Origin: Isurus oxyrinchus
Taxonomy: Eukaryota
Reading direction: 5' to 3'
Assembly (NCBI GenBank): GCA_026770705.1
Contig: JANJGN010000152.1
Span: forward strand, 620,001-684,000
Length of the DNA stretch: 64,000 bases
Shown here piece after piece: positions 25,580 through 36,339 of this stretch. Positions within the stretch are counted from its first letter, which is position 1; each line of letters opens with the position of its first letter. The position numbers were made by a program, and so were the translations under genes. The notes under the pieces are model-generated. The model was not told the DNA's origin and did not search any database. It worked only from the letters and a program-made list of their open reading frames with translations.

Positions 25580-26450
25580 GTTAACAAAAACAGGGATTTG
25601 GTCAAGAATAGTAGTAACAAAGGCACGACCTGGCGTAACATGAATAGAGGCAGGATCCATTTCAGTATTAACTGAAGCAAGGCCTGGAGCAAGGCAACTA
25701 GAAATTGGGTCTCGTGTAATGTAAAGAAGGAGTTTGGTTTCGAGCGGGAATAACAAAGTTAGGGCCTACCGAAATATAAGCAGATCAAGGGTAATGAGAT
25801 AATAGATCAGACAGGTCTCCAGCTAACATGAACAAAGACATGGTCTAATGTAATCTACAGAAGGCCAAAGGCTATTATTTTATAATGTGAGTACTGTCGT
25901 AGTGCAATATCAGCAGGGACGTGGCCTAGTGCAATGTAAATTCAATCATGTCCTAGTGCAGTAGAGCATAGAAAATGGCCACTGTAATATAAACTGAGAC
26001 AGAGTATCATTCAGTAGTAAATCAGGCAGGGCCTAGTGTCATACAAGCAGAGACATGTCAAATGCCGCAACAAATGAGATTGTGTCTCATGTACCTTAAA
26101 CAGAGACACAGGTTATTGTAATATTAAGAGTGATATTGTCTGGTGGAACACTGAGACAGGATGTTGCTGAACACTAACGGAGATTATCTATTACAATAAT
26201 AACTGAGATGTGACCTAGGGAAACACAGAAGGATATGCATCCTCTTGCAAATAACTAGAAAAAAGGACGAATGCAACATAAAGTGGGTGTGGTCTCGTGT
26301 AATTCGACTGGGGCAGTGTCTGGTGTAATATAGACGTTAGCATTAAGATGTTGTAGTTAGTAATAACAAAAATTGTGCCTGGTGGAACATAAGTGGAGGC
26401 AATCTAATGCAGAAATAGCTAGGATATCATTTAGTGTGACAGTCCAGTGC
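25580..26450. repeat. Highly diverged ~27-bp tandem array
   Basis: Recurring tagtgtaatataaactgagacagggcc-like units. Confidence 0.55.
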
Positions 26451-26519
26451 ACTAATAAATGAGTATTGCTTAATTCTCGAATAATGGTTTATAATCAGGC
26501 ACTGATCTCAAGCCACTTA

Positions 26520-27020
26520 TCTTCTCACCTATTTTGTGTCATCTGCAAATTTGACGATTGTACATTCACTTCCATCATCTAAGTCATTAATATATGGTAT
26601 AAATAATTGAGGCCCCAACACTGATCCCTGTGGCTCCCCGCTAGTTACAGATTGCCATCCTGAAAATGCCCCCTTAACCCATCTCTCTGTCTTCTATTAG
26701 TTAGCCAATCCTTTATCCATGCTGAGATATTACCCCCAAAAACGTGGGGTGTTACCTTATTAAGTAGCCTTGTGTGAAGTACCTTACCGAACGCATTTTG
26801 GAAATTGAAATACATTACATCTACTGGTTCTCCTTTTTCAATCTTACTTGTTACCTCACCAAAGAATTAAGATTAATTTGTCAGGCACGTTTTCTCCTTC
26901 TTGAAGCCATGCTGATTCTGCTTCATTAGACTATGTACTTCTAAAGGCTTTGCTATTGCATCATTTATAAAAGACTCCAACATTTTCCCAATGACAGATG
27001 TTAAGCTAACTGGCCTGTTT
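26520..27020 (-). mobile_element. CR1-clade LINE RT fragment
   Basis: Reverse complement of the KFADDTK region (tgtgtcatctgcaaattt) and upstream RT motifs. Confidence 0.8.
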
Positions 27021-27829
27021 TTCTACAAACCCCAATTCCTCTGTCAGGGCAGAAATGTAAACCCCATCCCACTCCACTGCTGATCCAACCAACATCAAAA
27101 CGGGAACAGCAGCAACATACGGAACAATGGGGGAGGCGGCCGTGCGCATCGCATTCACACGTAAATCTGTCTTCCGCCTCTTAGCTTAAATCTCTGCCCC
27201 CTGGTTATTGACTCCTCTAATAATGGAAAAATTGCCTTCCAATCCACCCTACCTGTGCCACTCATAATCATATACATATCTCTCAGGTCCCTTTCAGCCT
27301 TCATTGCTCCAAGGAAAACAACCTGTGATGACACTTTTGGCCCTCTATCACTACCTGCCTTTTTGGGGGCCTATAGTACATACCCAATCTCGTGTTTGCT
27401 CTTTTCGCATTTCTTACTTGTACCTACGGGGTTTCATTTGATGACCCTTCTAAAATATGATCATTCCCCAAGATTCCTTGATCTATGTTGCAACCCCTCC
27501 CCCATCCCGCCCACCGCCCCCCCCCCCTCCCCCACCTCCCCCCCCCCCCCCCCCAAACCAACTCTTCTATCCCTCTCACCACCTCGTCCAAACACACTAT
27601 AAGCAGGAAGGTTGAGCTGCCAATCCTGGCCATCCTTTAGCCAAGCCTTGGTCATAGCTATGATATCATGCCCTTCGTGTATATCTGGGTCCACAGCTCC
27701 TCACGCTCCTAGCATTAATTATATTCCATTTGTGTTCCATTTGAAAATGTTTAAAATGGAACATTTGAATGGAACATTTAAAATAGAACATTTTAACAAG
27801 CACACCCAGAAATTGATTTCTGCTTATCG

Positions 27830-30415
27830 ATGAGTATAAGGAGCATAAAATGTTAGTGGAGGTTGTATATAGACCCAAAACTGCTGTGGTGAAGCTGGGA
27901 CTGGAATTAAGCAGGAAATTAGAGAAGTATCCAATAAAGAAACATCTGTAATTATGGGTGACTTTCATCTGCATATAGTTTGGCCAAATCAAATACTGTA
28001 GAGGAAGAATTCCTGGAGTGTATACGGGATGGCTTTCTGGACCAATGCGTTGAGAAACGAACTAGAGAACAGGCCATTCTTGACTGGGTATTGTGTAATG
28101 AGAAAGCAATAATTGGCAATCTAGATGTGCCAGGCCCCTTGGGGATGAGCGGCCATAAAATGATAGAATTCTTCATCAATATGGAGAGTGACATAGTTGA
28201 TTCTGAAACTGGGGCCCTGAACCTTAATAAAGGAAACTACGATGGTGTGAGGCGTGAGTTGGCTATGATGGATTGGGAAACGTTACTTAAAGGGATGACG
28301 GTGGACAGGCATTGGCAAACATTCAAAGAGCACATGGGTGAACTGAAACAATTGTTATTCCTGCCTGGCGCAAAAGTGAAACAACAAACGTGGCCAAACC
28401 ATGGTTTACGAGAGAAATTAGAGATAGTATTAGATGCAAGGAAGAGGCATACAAATTGGCCAGGAAAAAAAAGACCTGAGCATTGGAAGCAGATTAGAAT
28501 CCAACAAAGGAGGACCAAGGTATTGATAAAGAAGGGGAAAATAGAGTACCAGAATAAGCTTGCAGGGAACATAAAACCTGACTGTAAAAGATTCTATAGG
28601 TATGTGAAGAGAAAAAGGTTGGTGAAGACAAATGTAGGTCCCTTACAGTCAGAAACAGGGGAATTTATAATGGGGAGCAAAGAAATGGCTGACCAAGTAA
28701 ATACATACTTTGGTTCAGTCTTCACAAAGAGGTCACAAATAACATACCAGAAATGTTGGGAAACTCAGGGTTTAGAGAGAGGGAGGAACTGAAAGAAAAT
28801 TGTATTAGTAGGGAAATGGTGTTGGGGAAATTGATGGGATTGAAGGCCGAAAAATCCCCAGGGCCTGATAATCTACATCCCAGAGCACTTAAGGAAATGA
28901 CACTAGAAATAATGGATGCATTGGTGATCATCTTCCTAGATCCTATAGACTCTGGTACAGTTCCTGCAGATTGGAGTGTTGCTAATGTAACCCCACTATT
29001 TAAAAAGAGAGGTACAGAGAAAACAGGAAATAAAAGGCCAGTCAGCCTGATGTCGCTAGTGGGGAAAATTCAAGAGGCCATTATAAAAGATTTAATAGCT
29101 GAGCACTTGGAAAATATTGGCAGAATCGGACAGTCAGCATGCATTTACGACAAATTTATTGGAGTTTTTCGAGGATGTCACTAGTGGAGTTGATGAGGGG
29201 GAGCCAGTGGATGCGTTTTAGTTGGACTTTCAGAAGGCTGTCGACAAAGTCCCACAGAAGAGATTAGCATGTAAAATTAAAGCGTATGGGATTGGGGAAA
29301 GTGTGTTGAGATGGATAGAAAACTGGTTGGCAGACATGAAACAAAGAGGAGGAATACACGGGACATTTTCCGAATGGCAGGCAGTGACAAGTGGGGTACC
29401 TTAGGGATCGGTGCTGCGTCCCCAGCTATTAACAATAGATATTAATGATTTAAATTAGGGAACTAAATGTAATACCTCTAAATTTGCAGATGACACAAAG
29501 CTGGGTGGGAGGGTGAGCTGTGAGGAGGATGCAGAGCTGCTTCAGTGTGACTTGGACAGGCTGAGTGAGTGGAAAAATGCATGGCAGGTGAAGCATAATG
29601 TGGATAAATTTGAGGTTATCCACTTTGGATGCAATAACAGGAAGGGAGATTATTATCTGAATGGCTATAAATTCAGAGAGGGGAATGTGCTACGAGAGCT
29701 GGGTGTCGTCGTACACCAATCGCAGAAGGTAAGCATGCAGATGCAACAGATGCAAAAGAGGGCAAATGGTACGTTGACCTTCATAGCAGAGGATTCCAGT
29801 ACAGGAGCAGGATGTATTGCTGCAATTGTACAGGGCCTTGGTGAGACCACACCTGGAATATTATGGGCAGGTTTGGGCTCCTTATCTGAGGAAGAATGTT
29901 CTTGCTATAGAGGGGGTGCAGCGAACGTTTATCAGACTGATTCCTGGGATGGCAGGACAGACATCTGAGGAGTGATTGAGTTGGTTACGATTATATTCGC
30001 TTGGGTTCAGAAGAATGAGAGCAGAATCTCATAGAAGACTATAAAATTCTAACAGGGCCAGACAGTGTACATGCAGGAAGGATGGTCCCGATGGCGGGGG
30101 AGTCCAGAACCAGAGGTCACAGTCTGTGGATACGGGGTAGACCATTTAGAATTGAGATGAGAAGAAATGTCTTCACCCAGAGAGTGGTGAGCCTATGGAA
30201 TTCGCTACCACCGAAAGTATTTGATGCCAAAATAACGCATGCTTTCAAGAAATAGTTAGATATAGCTCTTGGGGCGAAAGGGATCAAAGGGTAAGAGCAG
30301 AAAGCGGGAGCAGGCTATTGAGTTGGATGATCAGCCACAATCATGATGAATGGCGGAGCTGGCTCGAAGGGCCTATGGCATAGCCCTGCTCCTACTTTCT
30401 ATGTTTCTATGTTTT
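27830..30415 (+). mobile_element. Long CR1-clade LINE ORF2 (endonuclease, RT, 3' tail), frameshifted
   Basis: MGDF, FLDQCVEKRTREQAILD, KSPGPDNLHPR, DFQKAVDKVP, FADDTK; (tttctatg)n tail near 30400. Confidence 0.93.
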
Positions 30416-30461
30416 TATATTTTCTAAACACGAAATATTTATTTTTTGCGAGCAAACGCAT

Positions 30462-30630
30462 NNNNNNNNNNNNNNNNNNNNNNNNNNNNNNNNNNNNNNN
30501 NNNNNNNNNNNNNNNNNNNNNNNNNNNNNNNNNNNNNNNNNNNNNNNNNNNNNNNNNNNNNNNNNNNNNNNNNNNNNNNNNNNNNNNNNNNNNNNNNNNN
30601 NNNNNNNNNNNNNNNNNNNNNNNNNNNNNN
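30462..30630. other. Assembly gap
   Basis: Run of N. Confidence 1.
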
Positions 30631-31255
30631 GGGAGAGAGAAATAGACAGTGACCGGCAAGAATACACAGAACCCTCACACATTCTCAAGTCCAGGTATCA
30701 GGGGCACAACAGAAGAGTTCAGGGAGACTGCTTGCGGGACCGCAGGCAGTGCTGATTGTCACAAACTGCGGCAATGATCATAGGCTTTTGGATAGATGCA
30801 GGAAGCAATGGGGGCCGATATGCTGGCGAAGAGCACTCAAAATTCTCCTCCCTCCTCTCCCACCCCTGCCCCCCACCTTGATTCCGAAAGCCTCGACTGA
30901 CAGGAGGCTCCAAATAAAGCGCAGGGTCCCAGAGCGCAAATAATGTGGCCAATATATCGATGGAGTTTTCACTTTTGGCTGTCAACCAACATTGTTATTT
31001 GATTGTTTCATTCATTTTTAATTTTCGCTCTGTTTGCCCATTCCAACATTGATACGACTCTCTTCTATTCATCAATCTATAATTCTAATTGCTTCTCTGA
31101 CAAGCTTTTTATCCCAGTCAGTGTCAGCATGTACATTTATATCTGAAGCTATGTCAATCATCATGTAAAATCTATCAATCTGTTTTTCCTGCTCCTTTGT
31201 CTCCGGAACGAAGAGTCCTTAAATGGCAAAAACGTTTTCTATCTATTTTATCATA

Positions 31256-31566
31256 NNNNNNNNNNNNNNNNNNNNNNNNNNNNNNNNNNNNNNNNNNNNN
31301 NNNNNNNNNNNNNNNNNNNNNNNNNNNNNNNNNNNNNNNNNNNNNNNNNNNNNNNNNNNNNNNNNNNNNNNNNNNNNNNNNNNNNNNNNNNNNNNNNNNN
31401 NNNNNNNNNNNNNNNNNNNNNNNNNNNNNNNNNNNNNNNNNNNNNNNNNNNNNNNNNNNNNNNNNNNNNNNNNNNNNNNNNNNNNNNNNNNNNNNNNNNN
31501 NNNNNNNNNNNNNNNNNNNNNNNNNNNNNNNNNNNNNNNNNNNNNNNNNNNNNNNNNNNNNNNNNN
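31256..31566. other. Assembly gap
   Basis: Run of N. Confidence 1.
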
Positions 31567-31750
31567 CTGTATCACTGTATCTGGAATCCCCACTTTGTTC
31601 ACGTTTTCATAGAGCTCTTTCCGCGCTTTGTATCTCTATGTGTCTGTAATCCCACCATGTTCAAGTTTTTGTACAGCTCTCTCCGTGCTCTGTATCACTA
31701 TGTGTCTGTAATCCCACCATGTTCAGGTTTCTGAACAGCTCTCTCCGTGA
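31567..31750. repeat. ~60-bp tandem repeat running into the gap
   Basis: Three copies of tgtatcactatgtgtctgtaatcccaccatgttca...cagctctctccgtg. Confidence 0.85.
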
Positions 31751-31752
31751 TC

Positions 31753-31841
31753 TAACCCTGAACATTCACAGCTTCAAGTAATGGTGTCACCGACAGCAGA
31801 TGTTTGTAGAGGCGGGCACTAAGACACCAGGGAACTGGAAT
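31753..31841 (-). pseudogene. Leaderless supporting TCR-delta V of NAR-TCR, 5' fragment
   Basis: Acceptor ttttattctccag| then DSSSLVS*CPPLQTSAVGDTIT*SCECSGL; no leader exon nearby; phase matches upstream J; truncated by satellite. Confidence 0.7.
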
Positions 31842-33240
31842 CTGGAGAATAAAAAAAACGAACATTAATTGTTTGTTTAGCCATGGTTTACCTGGGAGAA
31901 TTTGTCAATGACATGAAACGTTCGTTTTTCTAAACTTGAAGCAAGCCTGTTCCAACCGTATTCACCATCATTGAGATGTGATTAAGTGCAGAGATGATAA
32001 TTTTCTTTTGCATCGAGAATTTTTCCAATCTGCACTGCGCGGTCAGAATGGGTGGTGCGAACAGACTCAGTGGGAACTTTCAAATGGCTAATGTACCTAT
32101 ACTACAACAGGAAAAATGGTAAAAATTGGATTGCACTTTGAAAGTGATAGCACCTCCACGATGGGCCGAATGTCATTCTACCTCTTGGCATGGTTCTATG
32201 TTGTATATTACATTTCTGCTTCTATTTTCCTTGGTGAGTGACACCCCGATGGAACATTTATTATCAGTATGGCAATCAGTTTCCAAAAAATGATTGTATG
32301 GGACAATCAGCATCAGCATCACTGTGCAAAGCATGATCGAAATGAAAGTGATTGTGATTAATCAGCATTGATTGAAACTTCTCTCTTCCCCATTCTAATG
32401 GCCGACCCCTTATGCTGAAACTATGGCTCCCAGTTATAGACTTTCCAACCTGAGGAAACTCCCACCTAGAACCTTCCCTCGCAAGCTTCTTAAAGATATC
32501 ATGTGTTCTCATGAGATCGCCCTCATTACTGTAAACTCCAGGGAACACAGGTCCAGTCTACTCAATCCCTTCCCATAGGACAATCCCTTTACTTCAGGAA
32601 TCAGTCTGATGAACATTTGTTCCAAAGCATGTACAACCTTCCCTAAGTTAGATACCAGACTTTACACAGCATTCCAAACTGGAGTCCTTCTCTCCATAAA
32701 CATTGCCCACCACCCTTTGCTCGGATTGTACTTTGAACAGCCCAGAGATCATCCAATCCTTCTCTCCCATTCGATGAATTATTTCTTGCTGGTTCTAAAT
32801 GAACATTCTCTCAGTTTATAATTTTTTCCTTATGTCCCTGTTCTCCTTTATAAGATTAATGCATCATCCTCACTCTCTCACTGCACTTTGCGTTTTTAAT
32901 TCACAGTAATCAGGGATACAGAGAAATTACAGCAATCCCATCTCTCAAACATTGACATTCAATAAAGAGAAATGTCTGCAGTTCCAAACTTTCACATTTC
33001 GATCTGAGGATGGAAAAGGAGGAAATGATTGGGTATATGAAGACAATTGAAACAAATGGCGGGTAAATGACCCGACTGTCCGATCATACCCTATTCCTAA
33101 ATCGAAGCCTGCAATGGAAAAGGTCCCTTAGAAATCGTTTTTTTTAGTTTCGATGTGATTGAAACGATGTTGATCACAAGAAGCTGACTGTGAACAATAT
33201 CCAGCACAGTCTGCAACATGCGGGCTTCAGAGTCACTTAT

Positions 33241-33317
33241 CGGCTGTGCCAGTCACCACCATCCTGGATCCATCTACATAATTCGCACACCACTCTCACT
33301 CTCCCAGTTCAAGAACC
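33241..33317 (-). pseudogene. NAR-TCR J segment with decayed RSS
   Basis: YVDGSRMVVTGTA resembles NAR-type J (YxGxGTVVTV); donor mutated G|ataagt; heptamer cacacca 33286-33292, nonamer tcaagaacc 33309-33317, shortened 16-bp spacer. Confidence 0.6.
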
Positions 33318-33499
33318 ATTGACAACTCAACTGCCGGGAAATCATCATCAGGCAGTAGACAATTATACAGCAGGTTTAAATGAATAATCAATATTCAATG
33401 TTTCAAAGTCTCTATCTGTTCAAACTATTCTTTCTGAGGCCCCCAGCTCTGCGTAAATGGTCCTGGGAATGAGATATTCGCTTCATATAAACCGAGAAA

Positions 33500-35630
33500 A
33501 ATATCAAAGAAAGATAACTGTATGGTGGAAATTAAAATTAAAGTGGATCGGCAATGGTTAATATTTAAGGAGTGTATGCATGAATTACAAAAATTGTTCA
33601 TTCCCGTCTGGCGCAAAAATAATATGGGAAAGATGGTTCAACCATGGATTACAAAAGAAATTAGGGATAGTATTAGATCTAACGAGCAGACATAAAAAAT
33701 CTCCAGAAAAAGCTTCAATCCTGAGGGTTGGAAGTAGTTTAGAATTCAGCAAAACTGGAAAAAAGACTGATCAAGAAGGGGAAAATGTAGTACGAGAGTA
33801 AACTTGCAGGGAACATAAAAATTGATTGTAAAAGCCTCCATAAATATGCGGAAGAGAAAATGATTAGTAAACAAACACTCACAAACGGGGGAAACGATAA
33901 TTGGGAACAAAGAAATGGCAAAAAAATTGAAGAGATATTTTGGTTCTGCCTTCAGAAAAGGCAACACAAATAATTTCCCAGAAATGTTAGGGAACCACGG
34001 GCCCAGTGAGAGCGAGGAATTGAAGGAAATCAGCATTAGTGAAAAACATTGTGGTGGAGAATTAATGGGGTTAAAATCTGGAAAATCCCCAGGGCCTGAT
34101 AATCCACATCCCAGATGTCTAAAGGAGGTGGCGCTGGAAATATTGGATGCATAGGTGGTCACCTTCCAAAAATCTATAGACTCTGGAACAGTTCCTACAT
34201 ATTGGGGGTGGCAAATGTAACCCCATTATTTTAAAAAAAAGGAAGGAGAGCAAAAACAGATAATTACAGAGCAGTTAGCCTAACATCAGTTGTGGGCAAA
34301 ATGCTAGAGTCTGTTATAAAATAACTGAACACTTGGAAAGCATCAATGAGATTAGACAAAGTCAGCATCGGTTTATGAAAGGGAAATCATGCTTAACTAA
34401 TCTACTCGAGTTTTTTTAGTAGGATAGATAACGGAGAACCACTAGATCTGGTGTATTTGGATTTCAAGAAGATTTTAATAAGGTCCCACCTAAGAGGCTA
34501 GTGGACAAAAGTAAAGCACATGAGATTGGAGGTAATATACTGGCTTGGACTGAGAATTGGTTGACAGACCAGAAACAGACAGTGGGAATAATGGGTCTTT
34601 ATCCCGGTGGCAGGCCTTGACTAGTGGTGTACCGCAGCGATCAGTGCTTGAGCCCCAGTTATTCACAACATATATAGATAATTTGGATGAGGAAACCAAA
34701 TGCAATATTTCCAAGTTTGCTGACGACACAAAACTGCACGAGGCTGTGAGATGTGAGGAGCATGCAAGAGGGATTCAGGGCAATTTAGACAAGTTTTCTG
34801 TGTCGGCAATCACATGGCAAGTGCAGTATAACGTGGATAAATATAAAGTTATACGCTTCGGTGTGAAAACAGAAAGTCAGAGCATTATATAAATGGTGAT
34901 AAATTGGGAAATATGGGTGTACGAAGGAGTCTGGGTGTCGTTGTACACCAGCCAATGAAGCTAAACAGACAGGTGCAGCAATTGGGAAGGCAAATGATAT
35001 GTTGGCCTTCATTTAAAGTGGATTTGATTTCAGAAGTAGGGATGTTTTACTGCAGTTGCAAAGGGCCTTGGTGAGAACACACCAGGAGCATTGCGTGCAG
35101 ATTTGGTCTCTCTACGCAAGAAAAGATATATTTGCCGTAGATGGAGTGGAGCGAATGTTCACGAGGTTGATACTGGGGATGGCAGGACAGTTGTATGAGG
35201 AGAGATTGGTTCAACTGGGCCTGCATTCACTAGAGTTTAGAAGAATGAGAGGGGTTCTGATTGAAACACATATAATTCTAACAGCGCTAGACAGACTAGA
35301 TGCAGGAAGGATGTTTCCCTTGGTTGGGGAGTCTAGAACCAGGGGCCACAGCAGAACACGGGGAAGGCCATTTGCGACCGAAATGAGGAAGATTCCTTCA
35401 CTCTGAGGGTGGTCAACCTGTAGAATTCTCGACCAAAGAAGTCTATGGAGTCACTGAGTATATTCAAGAAAAAAATCGACATATTTTTGGATATTAGTGG
35501 CATTAAGTGGTATGGACAGAAAGCGGGAATATGATGTTTAGATCCAGGATCAACCATGATAATATTGAATGGCGGAACAAGATCGAAGGGCCGAACGGCC
35601 TACTCCAGCTCCTATTTCTATGTTTCTACG
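33500..35630 (+). mobile_element. CR1-clade LINE inserted between NAR-TCR V and J
   Basis: KSPGPDNPHPR, SGVPQ, KFADDTK, LGLHSLEFRRMRG; tttctatgtttcta tail near 35620. Confidence 0.92.
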
Positions 35631-35835
35631 TTCCACTGTTTCACCGACACCAACCCCGGGGAAGCCTTCACCATCCGCACACGCTTCGTAGTTTTAAAAC
35701 TCAAGTTGTTAACGGTAATAATCCAATCTCACTACAAACTAGACTGGGGGACAGACGGTATGAGGCTGAACTCTGGGCGTTTAACGGCAGAATTAACTCC
35801 GCTTTTTTACTTGTTTTTGTGATAATCTGCATGAG

Positions 35836-36339
35836 AATGTTTGTATCCCGGGAAGCCGAGGCCAGTCGCTGTGTAACGTAGTACTGAGCTTTACAGTAAT
35901 AGGTGGTAGTGCCTTCAACTCTCACATCCCAAATTTCCAACGAAAATGTATTTTCTGTTTTATCCATTGACACAAACAATGTCCCCCCGCTGGAGATCCG
36001 CTCCCGCTCTGCTCCGGTCTGGGTTTGTCTGATGAAAAGCACCGTTTGGACAATATCCCAATAACCAGCGTGGAAAACACAGGTAATGGTGAGAGACTGA
36101 CATTACTTCCTGGTCACCGCTGCCGGGGTTTGTGTCACTGCTGACTGAAAACTCCTGGAAATTAAACAGAGATAGTTTCATGGACCATCGGAGCCGAATC
36201 ACAGAACCGGGTTAAACCCCCTGTCTGTAATTGGGATGGACTCGGGCAGCCTTATATGAAATCCACATAATGTCTGTTTGTGTGATCGGTACTCACGGGG
36301 TAAACAGACACACAGGGTGAAAACAAAGTGGATTCCCAT
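35836..36339 (-). pseudogene. NAR-TCR V segment: leader 36297-36339, V exon 35874-36154, RSS 35836-35873
   Basis: Leader MGIHFVFTLCVCLP; V reads VTQTPAAVTRK*CQSLTITCVFHAGYWDIVQTVLFIRQTQTGAERERISSGGTLFVSMDKTENTFSLEIWDVRVEGTTTYYCKAQYY (NAR-type, no CDR2, ERISxGG, YYCK, extra FR1 Cys); RSS CACAGCG-22-ACAAACATT; one stop and one frameshift. Confidence 0.88.

Noticed and set aside
30343-31649. ORFs spanning N runs
   Set aside because: Artefacts of assembly gaps
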